A stretch of DNA of 64,000 nt from a virus. A program made the translations under genes and the position numbers. Every line of letters starts with the position of its first letter. Positions within the stretch are counted from its first letter, which is position 1. The notes under the pieces are model-generated. The model worked only from the letters and a program-made list of their open reading frames with translations. It did no database searches and was not told the origin of the DNA. The stretch lies in IMG/VR virus record IMGVR_UViG_3300044796_000141, positions 36,323 through 100,322 of that record, one strand, 5' to 3'. This document shows, in pieces, positions 1 through 10,757 of this stretch.

Positions 1-4
1 TTAT

Positions 5-361
5 ATGAAGAAAATTAAAAAATTTAAAGTAAAATCATTACCTCCAGAAGAAATTGCAAAAACACTTGGAGCTTCAAAAGAATATAACAAGGCATTATTG
101 CAACTTGGTCTTCCTAAAAAGATTCCAGAAAAAGAACAATGGCTTTGGGATAATCCAAAGGCGCTAGCTAGCGTTAAGCGTGGACTAAGACAAGCCGGCA
201 AAATGAAAGAAAGTTATGACGATGGTTATAATCAGGGCACAAAAGACCTTTGGAAACAAGTAAAATATATTGTTGCAATTGTTTCAATGGGCGCCACACC
301 AGGTGAGTCTTTAATTGACGAAGCTGACAGACTTATAGAAAAATTTCATAATAAGCGTTGA
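5..361 (+). CDS. hypothetical protein
   Basis: 118-codon ORF beginning near the window edge. Confidence 0.6.
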   Translation: MKKIKKFKVKSLPPEEIAKTLGASKEYNKALLQLGLPKKIPEKEQWLWDNPKALASVKRGLRQAGKMKESYDDGYNQGTKDLWKQVKYIVAIVSMGATPGESLIDEADRLIEKFHNKR

Positions 362-416
362 CTTTATCAAAAAATGATGATAATATCAGTTTTACATATA
401 CAAGGAGAAAAAATAT

Positions 417-600
417 ATGGCAACTAGAAAAGAAACAGAAGAAATTAAACCTATAGTGCTCGGCACTGATGCTCCTGTTGCTGGTGGTCGGGCCGGGCGG
501 CGGGAGTGGAGTGACATACATATGGTATACTACCGTCTCATCAACAACTGCTAATCCGCAATGGACTTGGAACCAAACTTATCTTAGTGGCGGAATTTAA
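417..600 (+). CDS. Gly-rich hypothetical protein, full length only with +1 shift at CGG 489-491
   Basis: ATG after aaggagaa; zero frame MATRKETEEIKPIVLGTDAPVAGG then CGG; skipping C489 gives GPGGGSGVTYIWYTTVSSTTANPQWTWNQTYLSGGI*. Confidence 0.5.
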
Positions 601-914
601 TGAACAATAATTACAAAAATGACAAAGGACACATAACATTTGGAGTGCCTTCGCCTTTAGCAGAAGATTTTAAATCTACGAAAGATTCTGAAACTTTGCA
701 AGAAAAATATGCTACTAAAAAAGTTTGGGTATTGCTTTTTGGAACTGAACAGAGCATGTGTGGTTGCGCCGATGAAAGAATTGCCGGCGTTTATATTTCA
801 GAAGAAAAAGCAAAATTTGCAAAAAACGAAAAAGAATTAGATTTATTAAAACGAAACTATAATCACAGTACAAGAAAGCATTGGTATTTTATAGATTCTT
901 GGGACATAGAGTGA
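600..914 (+). CDS. hypothetical protein
   Basis: 104-aa ORF. Confidence 0.7.
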   Translation: MNNNYKNDKGHITFGVPSPLAEDFKSTKDSETLQEKYATKKVWVLLFGTEQSMCGCADERIAGVYISEEKAKFAKNEKELDLLKRNYNHSTRKHWYFIDSWDIE

Positions 915-1484
915 AGACCAAAGAGCTAATTGCAATGCTCCAAGAAGAAGACCCTTCTGGCGAAGCTAATGTAATGACATCAGACGGTCCAGTTTATTTT
1001 TGCGAACTTAAACCTGGATGGTATGATGGTGCAGGATATGAACTTATCATTGACGAAAATAAAAAACCATACTACAGTGTTATTGGTATGCGAAGAGATA
1101 CAAGTACAGATAAAATTTGCATTCAGGGCTTAGACATTAGAGACATATTATTTGACGCCAGACCAGAAGAAAGAATGAATAAGTTAATTTGGGAATATAA
1201 AGGCGCGAACCCAAAGGGCTTAGAAGATTTTCTGGCCTACATAAAAGAAGTAAAAGAAAAAGTCCTAAAAGAGATAACAGATATAGAAATTGAATTAAAA
1301 AATTTGGATACTAAATGAAAAAAGATACTAAAATAATTTTAGAAGGAATGGTTCAAGTAGCTTTGATTTTACGAAATCTTTGCATAGCTTGTGCGAAAAA
1401 TTCAAGCACAGAAGCTCAAATGTATTCAGATAATACGCAACACATAAATGAATTATATAAGCTAATCAACCAAACAATATCACA

Positions 1485-1655
1485 ATGAATTTAGAAGAGC
1501 TATCAGATATATTAGAACCGCGTGAAGAAATAGAAGAGTCCGCTTTTGATGAAGCGGCATTTCAAGCGATGCTAAGAGCGCCTGTACTTTTATTAAATAG
1601 AAATGTCGATTTGTCTCCCGGTGAAATACCTGTTATAAGAAATGTCAATCATTAA
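1485..1655 (+). CDS. small protein with MNLEEL leader
   Basis: MNLEELSDILEPREEIEESAFDEAAFQAMLRAP...; same N-terminus as the 33-45 kb family. Confidence 0.6.
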   Translation: MNLEELSDILEPREEIEESAFDEAAFQAMLRAPVLLLNRNVDLSPGEIPVIRNVNH

Positions 1656-1748
1656 TGTTGTTGCCGGTGCTGACATCTTTAGTGTTAGAGTAGATAGCGT
1701 ACAATTAAAACAAGTAAAACAAAATAGAGATTATTAAAGAATTAGCCT

Positions 1749-2054
1749 ATGAAATGGGAATGCACAAACTGTCTTAAAGATATGCAAAATAACTTTAATC
1801 ATTTTGTTTACTATCGGGATGAGGGTGCAGCTCGCTCCAGCGATAAAGAAAACTTTATATGCGACCCTTGCTGGACTGAATGGGTCGGCTCCAAAATAAA
1901 ATCTTACACCTTAGCCTATTGTTCAGTCTGTAGAAAAGACCACTACGAAAACTTCTTTGGATATTATATTACTAGAGTTACAGCAAACAAATCCTATGAC
2001 TTTATGGTGTGTAAAAAGTGTTTGGAAGTTTGTATAGGCAAAGATAATATATGA
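1749..2054 (+). CDS. CxxC zinc-ribbon-like protein, tandem paralog A
   Basis: repeated CxxC pairs; resembles next ORF. Confidence 0.7.
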   Translation: MKWECTNCLKDMQNNFNHFVYYRDEGAARSSDKENFICDPCWTEWVGSKIKSYTLAYCSVCRKDHYENFFGYYITRVTANKSYDFMVCKKCLEVCIGKDNI

Positions 2055-2389
2055 GTCATTCTCATGGTTCTATGCCGCCGTCATTCCAAGATAAGCATAA
2101 AGAATGCGCCAATTGCAATATCAAATTAGAAAAGAAAGACAAACACTTTCATTATTATCCAGGCAGACCTGGCACTTATAGAAATTATATTTGTACGCTC
2201 TGTTATTACAAATATATTCATAATGATATAGTAGAGCATTCGATGAATTTTTGTTCAATGTGTAAATTGAATGGCGGTAATAATTTCTTTAGATATTTCA
2301 TAAGTTATAGCGAAGCAGAAGAGATAGTGTATGAATTTATGATTTGCCAACTCTGCTTCTGTAAACGCGTAGGCATAGACAATATTTAA
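2051..2389 (+). CDS. CxxC zinc-ribbon-like protein, tandem paralog B
   Basis: CANCNIK, HFHYY, ICTLC, FCSMC, ICQLC. Confidence 0.7.
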   Translation: MSHSHGSMPPSFQDKHKECANCNIKLEKKDKHFHYYPGRPGTYRNYICTLCYYKYIHNDIVEHSMNFCSMCKLNGGNNFFRYFISYSEAEEIVYEFMICQLCFCKRVGIDNI

Positions 2390-2796
2390 TCCGCGCTTGG
2401 CGTATTTGTTGACAAATACTTCCACTTATGCTATTCTTACGCGAGGGAGCTAAAATGAATAAAAATATTAAAAAATGGGTAGAAGCACTTCGTTCAGGCG
2501 AATATAGACAAACTAGAGGCAAGCTTCGTACTAGCAAGACCAATGGTGGCTATTGTTGTTTAGGTGTCCTTTGCGATGTTTTCCAAAAAGAAACTGGCGT
2601 AGGCGAATGGAAAAATAGTCCTCCATATCAAGAAAATATGAAATTTTTGAATCAAGCTGAGAATCCACCAATCAAAGTAAGAAAATGGGTCGGATTAAAT
2701 TATAAAGAAATGAAAAAACTTATTGCCTTAAATGATGGTAGTCATTACAACTTTGCAAAAATTGCAGACTATATAGAAAAAAATATTAAGTAATTG

Positions 2797-3003
2797 CAAT
2801 GGGGCAACGCGGAAGGACGCGTAGCAAATGGCAGCAGTGACGAAATGAAGCGGTCGTCATCTCTGGTAACAGAGGGGACATGTGGACGACCCTAGGCGCA
2901 CAAGGGGCGCAACTAGAGCGCGATTATTGTCAGGTCGCCCGGAATCCCGGTTCAAAGCCGGAGCGGAAACGGTCACTAGTAGGTACTCAAGCCCTACCCC
3001 CGT
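2797..3003 (+). ncRNA. candidate structured RNA
   Basis: Inter-ORF, GC-richer than surroundings; hairpins ACGCG/CGCGT (2807-2822), TGACGA/TCGTCA (2838-2859), CTCTG-GTAA-CAGAG (2861-2874), CCGG-TTCAAAG-CCGG (2947-2961), GTAGG/CCTAC (2979-2997). Confidence 0.45.
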
Positions 3004-3047
3004 TATTTATATTGACAAACTGAATAGTTGTATGCTACAATAAGAAA

Positions 3048-3692
3048 ATGGCACAAAATATTAATGAACCAACCGATACAACTACAAGTAAATGGTTGGC
3101 TATTATGACAACTATTCTCGCAACCAATGACGGTACAAAGATAATCAATAATTTATTATTGTTGATTCATATCACTATACAAGAAAAATATTCTTTAGTT
3201 ATTTTTTGGTTTATTTGTTTTTGGTCGTATCGTTTTATAGTACCTAAAAAAAAACATAAAGAAAAAGAAATTCCAATATCCTTTTCAAAAATAGCTAAAA
3301 AACAAAGAATAATTGACATAGTTTCTAGTTTGGGATTAATCTTAATAAGAGAATTTATATTAGATAAATTAGGTGTATTATATTATGAAAGTTTCGCGCG
3401 CCCAAAACCATGGTATGAAAAAAGCACTTGGAATGCCGCAACACCTGAATCAATTGCAAGCCATGAAAAAAATATTGATTGGTTGGACAGAATAAGATTT
3501 AAAAATGGCATCGCTAAAGAATACCAATATTCGCGTGACCATAAAACTTTAACCGTAAAAGAAACAGAACCTAATGAAATTGCATTTAAAGATACTATTG
3601 GAGATATGCAAAAAGAATTTTTAGTACTTCTTTTTGCTTCTAATCATTTTCCTTTTTGGTATTTGATAAGAAAATTAAAAAGAATTAAATGA
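3048..3692 (+). CDS. membrane protein, hypothetical
   Basis: 214-aa ORF with hydrophobic segments. Confidence 0.7.
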   Translation: MAQNINEPTDTTTSKWLAIMTTILATNDGTKIINNLLLLIHITIQEKYSLVIFWFICFWSYRFIVPKKKHKEKEIPISFSKIAKKQRIIDIVSSLGLILIREFILDKLGVLYYESFARPKPWYEKSTWNAATPESIASHEKNIDWLDRIRFKNGIAKEYQYSRDHKTLTVKETEPNEIAFKDTIGDMQKEFLVLLFASNHFPFWYLIRKLKRIK

Positions 3693-4478
3693 ACGAGCAA
3701 GACTTCAAACAAACCTTAACTGGAACTATATATCGAATTGTATTCCCTAATGGTAAAGTATACATCGGGCAAACAATCCAGAATGTAAAAGACAGATTCG
3801 GGTCTCATAAAAAAGACGCCTATCACGATGCCAATCCGGCCTATTATACTCTTATAGGAAAAGCAATTCGTAAATACGGTAAAGAAAATATTAAATTAGA
3901 AATCCTTCATGAAAAAATTCAATGGGATGATTTAGACAATTTAGAAATATCTGAAATTAAAAACCATAGCTCTATGGACCCCGCCAAGGGGTATAATATG
4001 ACCGAAGGACGGACACTTTAACCAGCGCAATGCCGACAAGGCCAAAGAGAACTTTGAGCGTTATTTATCTGATAAAAAAATAAAAGAAAAATTAGAAATA
4101 ATAAAAACGCAAAAAAGAGCATTAACTAATTTTGAAAAGAATTTAAAGAAAGACTTAACTCAATTTGTTAACAGCCAAGATAATACTAAAGAAGAAGAAT
4201 TAGAAACTATAAGAAATAGGTTTTTGTTTGCCAAAAAACAAAAAGAAATTAATCAAAGTTTAGCAAATGGAACCAGGCAAAAATCATCGCAATATAGAGG
4301 CGTGTGTTACGACAAGCAACACGACAAATGGAAAGCTTCAATTAAATATCAAGGTAAAAAAATACATATAGGGCAATTTAAAACGCAAGAAGACGCTGCA
4401 TTAGCTTATAATAACAAAGCAATTCAATTATTAGGTAATAAAGCTGTATTAAACGTTATCAATTATCCTATACCATAA
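3689..4478 (+). CDS. GIY-YIG homing endonuclease with C-terminal AP2-like DNA-binding domain, interrupted by one extra base at CGG 4010-4012
   Basis: GTIYRIVFPNGKVYIGQT...; ...GYNMTEG|GHFNQRNADKAKENFERYLSDKK...SSQYRGVCYDKQHDKWKASIKYQGKKIHIGQFKTQEDAALAYNNKA. Confidence 0.8.
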
Positions 4479-5648
4479 ATTTTTATTCCCGTATTTTTCG
4501 ACGCAATAGGAATAGCGGGTTCACTTACAATTTCAGAAAACTTTATATGTTTGTTGTTATGTCCATTGAGGCGTTATATACCCCTTAATTAAGCGCTGAA
4601 CCCGCACCTTAATTGCGTGGTATACGCCTTGCTAATGCATATCATATGCCAGTCACGCATTGTAACGCATTAGGTTATGGCATATGATATGCATTGCTTA
4701 TATATTATACTAAGAGTTATAAGGCTATGAGCAACGCGTTATAATATGCGCGTGTCTATCCCTTGACTACTGCTTACTATTGCAATGCCAATGCCTTTCT
4801 GTCACTCACTATTCTATAACAATATCAATAGGTTACACTTGGCATAAGAATTGCCCTGCATTGTATAGACTCACAAACTGGAATAACCTGTTATAAGAAT
4901 TAAGTAATCGTTTTCTTTAGCACGCACAAACCATGCCATTTAGATTGCGTTTAGAATGCATTACATATTGCGTATGTATGCGTAAGATAACCCTTGACAC
5001 TAGCTTTAATGTATGCATTAGGATTGCGCGTGCTTACAAAGATATTAACTTCTCAGTTGTCAAGTAAAATCTAAAGCTTAGTTTAAATTATACACCATAG
5101 GGAAACACTAAGCGAACGCATATCCTAACGCGTTGTGTTATACCTATACAATACCTTAACATATCTGCTTAACTCCCGCATAAAGAGCGCGTTTATATGC
5201 GTTGTAAGTGCTGCAATAGTCTGTCAGTATACACGCGCACATAACGCAGTGTGTTACGCAGAGCTTTAAGCTTATATAAAACATATACTAATGTTTAATC
5301 TAAACGTATAGGTATGCATCTATCTGGCATGAGTAATGCAGATATAATAATACTATAAGCATTTACCTTGCAAGTATTATACCTATGGTGTATAATGATT
5401 ATATATTCATATGGTATCTGCTATCCTTATGTATGTGTTTCGGTATTGAATGCCGCTCAAATGGAGTGCAGTTGCTATCATGTACGCTTGCCGGTCTAAT
5501 GCGTTGAATAACGCGCACGGGGCGCCTAGTCTCTGTCCTAGTATGCCTATGGGTTAGCGTGGTTCTAATCGCCTTTAAACCGCTCGCGCTCAACTTGGCA
5601 TAGGAGCAGTGCGTCAAGAGCACCCATAACTATGCAAAAAAGTCAATA

Positions 5649-5670
5649 GTGACGTTTCTTGTCAGTTTTC
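5649..5670 (+). repeat. direct repeat copy 1, GTGACGTTTCTTGTCAGTTTTC
   Basis: Identical to 5817-5838; partial copy GTGACGTTTTTTG at 5730-5742. Confidence 0.85.
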
Positions 5671-5816
5671 TCCTATACTATCCGTAAACTAATCGCCTAT
5701 CCTACTGAATACTATAAGAATTTATAAGAGTGACGTTTTTTGCTCCCCTAGGCGCAAATTGTCACCTGTTTTTCCCTAATGTTTTCCGCCCCTTAGATGT
5801 TTCGCGTGCTTAATGG

Positions 5817-5838
5817 GTGACGTTTCTTGTCAGTTTTC
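5817..5838 (+). repeat. direct repeat copy 2, GTGACGTTTCTTGTCAGTTTTC
   Basis: Exact match to 5649-5670. Confidence 0.85.
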
Positions 5839-6527
5839 GTTCTGCTTAATAAGCGCCACCCCTTGAATTCATTGGGTTTTCTATTAGATTTTTAGCTTGG
5901 CACTTGCTATGCATTTACTTAGAATCACATAGACGCCGCAAACAACCGATAAAAGGTTAGATGCGCTAGCGAAACGGTTAAACCGTGTAGCTATTAAATG
6001 TCGCGACTTGCAAGGCTCTAGCGGGCCAAGGTTAACAAGTCTAGGTGATGCGCTCCAAGGTGGCGCATGACTGAGCCTAATAGGGTAAGGCAATCCTAGG
6101 GAATGACCTGCTAGCGGCTTAGATAAACCATGTGCGCCGCTACACCGCAAGTGCATATAGAGTAGCTAAAACCATTCGATTGCTTAGATACATAAACAAT
6201 ATTTAAGCGTTGTCTGTTAGTGGACTATAACAGTAGTGGCTTGCGTGATTAAATGAATTTTGTTTCACTTTAGCCGCTTTCACAGGGTTAGACGGTCGCA
6301 ACCTTCCCGCGCTATGTGCTCGCGTTGTTTAACGCTAGCTGATGTTGAGCCGCATACGCTCGCGACCGAGATTAAATAGCTTTACAATTGCGGATTAAAC
6401 GCAGTTGTGTTTTCTCGCATCGCATTAGCCTGTTAGCCTTGTGCTAGCGTGTTAGTGCGATGCACAGTCAACATAACTTGACTAAGATTTTAAACCGTGC
6501 AAATGTGCACACAACAAAGGATAATAT

Positions 6528-6839
6528 ATGAACAGCATTGTTAATACCATTCTCGCTCGCCTTGCCTCGCAATTTGCCTCAAATGTTGGCACAACTGGTA
6601 GCGGCACCTTGTCGCATGATACTTTGCTCGCTATGGCGTGCGACCTTGGCTTGACTGAGCGCAAGCGCAAAGTGGGCACGGTTGCAACGCTTGCCGGTTG
6701 TGAGTATGTCGGCGCGGATATGCGCGAAGTAGTGGAAGCGACAAAGGAAGCGCGCGAAGCGGCTAAAATCGACGCGCAGATTGCTAAGCTTACTGCTAAG
6801 CGCGAGCAATTGGCGAGCGGTAACGCAGCACAAGCTTAA
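6528..6839 (+). CDS. small paralogous-family protein, copy 1
   Basis: LTERKRKVGTVATLAGCEYVGAD...KIDAQIAKLTAKREQL. Confidence 0.8.
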   Translation: MNSIVNTILARLASQFASNVGTTGSGTLSHDTLLAMACDLGLTERKRKVGTVATLAGCEYVGADMREVVEATKEAREAAKIDAQIAKLTAKREQLASGNAAQA

Positions 6840-7297
6840 TTGCTTATAGTGCTTCTAAGCGAAAGCTTAGGGGCATTAGTAAACAACTAAGAAAGGATTA
6901 AGCAATGATACAAAACAAAGTAACGAAAGCTTTCGCTATTGTTGTGCGCATGGTCGAAAAAGAAAAAGAATTGTCCGGCGAGTATCAAGGCAATCAATGG
7001 GCAATCCAATTTGCAGCCGAGCACGTGAAGCTTAATAGCGATGAATTGCGCCGCTTGACTAACCTTTGTAACCTGTGAAAGGGTAATGACATGACGAAAA
7101 AAGATTATGAATTGATTGCACGCAATTTTAGGACCACAATGGCCACGGCTAAGCGATTGAAAGCGGACGCAAGCGCGGGAATGATTCTAGTGCTAGCGAA
7201 TAGCCTAGCCGCTGATTTAGCGATTGATAACCCGCGCTTTAATCGCGAGACATTCCTTAGCGCTTGTGGTATTGCATACTAACGAAAGGGTAAACAT

Positions 7298-7528
7298 ATG
7301 TCAGATTATAACGGTTGGTCTAATTGGGATACATGGAACACTAACCTTTATCTAAACAATGATGAGGGGAGTTATTTTGCGGCGCGTGCTATCTGCCGCA
7401 AAGACCATCGCCCTAGCTGCGAAAAAGATTTAGAAGCATTGGCGCGCGAGATTGTGCCGACTAGTGAAGGTATAGACTTTAATGATGTTGACTGGCAAGA
7501 AATTATTAAAGGTTTCAACGAAGATTAA
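7298..7528 (+). CDS. hypothetical protein, DUF7249-like N-terminal motif
   Basis: MSDYNGWSNWDTWNTNLYLNND motif often seen in phage small proteins. Confidence 0.6.
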   Translation: MSDYNGWSNWDTWNTNLYLNNDEGSYFAARAICRKDHRPSCEKDLEALAREIVPTSEGIDFNDVDWQEIIKGFNED

Positions 7529-7673
7529 ACGCTTATAATGTATATAATTGGGTTGTCTCTCTGAACGCGGCGTAAAATGTGGGAATGAATAAAGTTAACG
7601 CGGGAATTAGTACCACATAACCCAATTAGCTACATTATTAAACGCTTAATGATTATATAATCAGGGAGCCTAT

Positions 7674-8240
7674 ATGAAATTTGTAATCGTTATCTTATTC
7701 GCACTGCTTACCGCGTGCCGCATTACCACACAAACCTTTAACACTAAGGCAGAGAGTAACGCGCTAGACGTTGCGAGCCTTGCTAACGCTGTAGACTTTG
7801 CTAACAGTGTCGCCGGTTGCGAAATGATTAGAATGGATGACAAGGTAGCGGCTAACTTTACCTTTTCAACCGATAAGGAATGTGAAAGCACACTTAAAAA
7901 TAACACTTGTCCAGGGGGGCAATGTGAAGGTATTACATACTGGAGCATTGCAACGCAGCCGACTATCTGCGCGCGCTCATATGCGGTTTATCCGTGGTCG
8001 TTTGCATGGTCTAACAATGATGTGAGCAATAAAGATGCGGCTGCTTATGTTACCTATTTACACGAAATAGGACATGCGGCCGGGCTTGACCATACAAAGC
8101 GAGTGGGTGATATCATGTATCAGGAAGTTGTAAGCGATGGTCAAGTTTACAACTTTGATAGCGTTGAACGATTTATTAAACAACTGAAGGATAACGGCAA
8201 TAAATGCTTGCCGCCTAAAGGAAATAAAAATGTCAACTAA
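7674..8240 (+). CDS. secreted matrixin-like zinc metalloprotease
   Basis: Signal-like N-terminus; HEIGHAAGLDH. Confidence 0.8.
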   Translation: MKFVIVILFALLTACRITTQTFNTKAESNALDVASLANAVDFANSVAGCEMIRMDDKVAANFTFSTDKECESTLKNNTCPGGQCEGITYWSIATQPTICARSYAVYPWSFAWSNNDVSNKDAAAYVTYLHEIGHAAGLDHTKRVGDIMYQEVVSDGQVYNFDSVERFIKQLKDNGNKCLPPKGNKNVN

Positions 8241-8823
8241 ATATTATATAATTATGTTTATGATGGCTGCTTGCCGCGACCCTTTCGCGCCCGCTGATGT
8301 CCTTTGCCATGATTACAACGCAATTGAACGCACCACAGTTAACTTGGCGCCGCAAGCGACTGTTGATTGCGTAGTGAATGCCATGAATGAGGCGCTAGAG
8401 TGTGAGCAATTTAGCGTTAATGGCTTGACAGTTACTAACAAAATTACTAACGCAATGATTACAATTCATTTTGTTAGCCACGATATCACGGCAACTAATA
8501 ATGAATTGCCTTCGGCTGAACAAAGCGAAGTGAAAAAGACTGGAGATTATTGCGGCTATACATTCAACACAAAAGCGGGCGCTAATCCTACATATGATAT
8601 TTATGTTGATAACGGCAATGATGCTAGCAATGATGCGCCAAGTATTCTCGCGCATGAGTTAGGCCATTCAATGCTCTTGACATTCCCTGATAATCCTACG
8701 GATAGTGTTCACTCGCTTGATGTCAATAACTTAATGTATTATTCAGGCACACCATTTTTGTCTAAGTCTAATCTCGCTACAATGGCGAATGAATTGCAAC
8801 AACAAAACTTAACCTGTAAATAA
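8230..8823 (+). CDS. secreted zinc metalloprotease-like protein, divergent paralog of preceding
   Basis: HELGHSMLLTFPDN; similar architecture. Confidence 0.7.
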   Translation: MSTKYYIIMFMMAACRDPFAPADVLCHDYNAIERTTVNLAPQATVDCVVNAMNEALECEQFSVNGLTVTNKITNAMITIHFVSHDITATNNELPSAEQSEVKKTGDYCGYTFNTKAGANPTYDIYVDNGNDASNDAPSILAHELGHSMLLTFPDNPTDSVHSLDVNNLMYYSGTPFLSKSNLATMANELQQQNLTCK

Positions 8824-9360
8824 AGGAAATTTATATGAACACTAAAGAAAAAATTATCTCTTCATTCTTTGCCGCGTCTATTGTCCTTAGTTCATTCGGT
8901 ATCGTTGCGGCGTGGGCGCATTGTTTGGCAGTCATTCACGGATAATAGGGGGATATATGAAAGACTGGATTATTACTCGCATTGCAAAAAATCTTGATAC
9001 GCGGTCCGCTAAAGAATTCCCATTGCGCATCGAAGGTGTAAACCTTAATGCGAGCGCGCTAATGTATGGCGATACTAATCGCTATTTTGAATGGCGTGTG
9101 CGCGATGTTTATGACTCGCGTTATGATATCGGTAAAGCAGTCATCGCCGATGATGTGCCGCTAGTTCTAATGCAAGAGTGTAGACGCAACGGCTAAGCTT
9201 AATCGTATCGCAGAAATGAAAGGCACCTAAACGAAATAAAAAATTACACTATCTACTTGCATTGGTTTTCTAGTTGTCTTACAGTATCTACACGGCATGA
9301 CTTGCAATTTCGCCAGCCATGCCACAAACAAGGGCGCAAGCCCAAAAAAGAAAAGGGTTT

Positions 9361-9693
9361 TATATGTCGAATACTACTGAATTGTCTAAGGAAGCGGTTT
9401 TGGGTCAAATTTTTAACAAGCTTGGCACGGTGGGCGCTAAGGCGTTTGGCGTCTCTCTGTCAGTCGAAACGCTGACCGAGGTTGCGCATGAGGCGCAGCT
9501 TATTTCGCGCGAGCGTGGTCGCTATGGCGGGTCTAATCCGACCCAAGCTGGTTGCGACTTCGTGAGTGTTGACTTCGATGCGTATCAAACGGCGAACGCT
9601 GATAACCGCGAAGCCACGAAATTGGCGAATAAAATCGCAAAGCTGCAAGCCAAGCAAGCCGAAATGGTTGCGGGCAAGACGCAAGCGGCGTAA
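9361..9693 (+). CDS. small paralogous-family protein, copy 2
   Basis: MSNTTELSKEAVLGQIFNKLG...ISRERGRYGGSNPTQAGCDFVSVD. Confidence 0.8.
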   Translation, partial: YMSNTTELSKEAVLGQIFNKLGTVGAKAFGVSLSVETLTEVAHEAQLISRERGRYGGSNPTQAGCDFVSVDFDAYQTANADNREATKLANKIAKLQAKQAEMVAGKTQAA

Positions 9694-9861
9694 CAACTAA
9701 ATAAATAACTTAACCCCTTATGGGAATAAGACATAGCTACTAGTTAACTATGTAAAAAGGTTAGTGGGCTATCCTTAAAACCACAAAGTCGAAACGCGGT
9801 TCTATTCCGCGTCGCAACATAATGTGTTGCCTGATGAGACTATATATGCTAATTATAGTAT

Positions 9862-10269
9862 ATGAAAAAATGTAAAACATGTCGGAACAAATAAAGAAGA
9901 AAATATAAATAATTTTGAAAAAGCAAGAGTCGGCTTAAGAACAATATGTAAAGAATGTAGAAGCAAATACAAAAAACTTCATGGCTCTAAACCAGAAATT
10001 AAAAACAAAAGAAGAAATTCTAATTACATAAAGAAATACAATCTAACACTTGAACAGTGGACAGAATTATTTAATAATCAGAATCATAAATGTAAGATAT
10101 GTCGGGATAGATGAAAGCAATACAGAATGGAAAACATTAGTAGTAGACCATTGCCATAAGACGCGGAAAGGTTAGAGGCTTATTGTGCGACCCTTGTAAT
10201 CGAGGCATAGCAGCTTTTAGAGATAATCCCATTGCATGCCGCAACGCGGCTGACTATTTAGAAAGATAA
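9862..10269 (+). CDS. recombination endonuclease VII family, interrupted by three CGG +1 sites
   Basis: MKKCKTC|GTNKEENINNFEKARVGLRTICKECRSKYKK...HKCKIC|GIDESNTEWKTLVVDHCHKT|GKVRGLLCDPCNRGIAAFRDNPIACRNAADYLER*; CGG at 9883, 10103, 10164. Confidence 0.85.
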
Positions 10270-10272
10270 TAT

Positions 10273-10527
10273 ATGAAACCATTTGAAGTGAATGTTTCTA
10301 GTAAGTATGGCGCCCCAATGGGTCGGCGCGAGACTGCAAACTTAGAAGGTAAGGTGCACTTGCAACGCGTGCCGCTTTATGATGGTTGCTATGATAAAGG
10401 TGGCGCATATTGGGGCGGTCCGTCTAACCTGTGGTGTGCGTGGAATGACAAAGGCACACAATACTTGCGCGCGGGTAGCAGAGTGGAAGCAAAAACAATG
10501 TTGCCTGAATGTAAATTCTATAAATAA
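10273..10527 (+). CDS. hypothetical protein
   Basis: 84-aa ORF; contains a normally placed in-frame CGG at 10324. Confidence 0.65.
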   Translation: MKPFEVNVSSKYGAPMGRRETANLEGKVHLQRVPLYDGCYDKGGAYWGGPSNLWCAWNDKGTQYLRAGSRVEAKTMLPECKFYK

Positions 10528-10757
10528 AGGAAAATAATATGGAATATGTAATCACCAATGATAAGGGTTTATTTTGGGCCGGTACATATTGGGCGACAGA
10601 GTATCCTGATGCTGTATTGTTTGGCTCGCAAACTAAAGCATTTAGTGCAGCGGAGCGCGTCTACCATCGCACCTATACTGATGTCTATGTAATCGTTAAT
10701 TACGGTATGGATAATCAAGAGATTGTCGATATAATCTTGTAGGCTTAATCCAACTGC

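Larger units (their letters stand above)
4479..6527. other. 2 kb region without convincing ORFs, rich in short repeats; possible replication or regulatory region
   Basis: No coding-like ORF; 22-bp direct repeat GTGACGTTTCTTGTCAGTTTTC; many atgcat/gcgtta words. Confidence 0.5.

Noticed and set aside
2797-3003. tRNA or tmRNA call
   Set aside because: The T-loop-like hairpin lacks matching acceptor and anticodon arms, and no tmRNA tag reading frame was recognised.
4479-6527. CRISPR array
   Set aside because: Repeats are few, irregularly spaced and lack regular spacers; no cas genes were seen.
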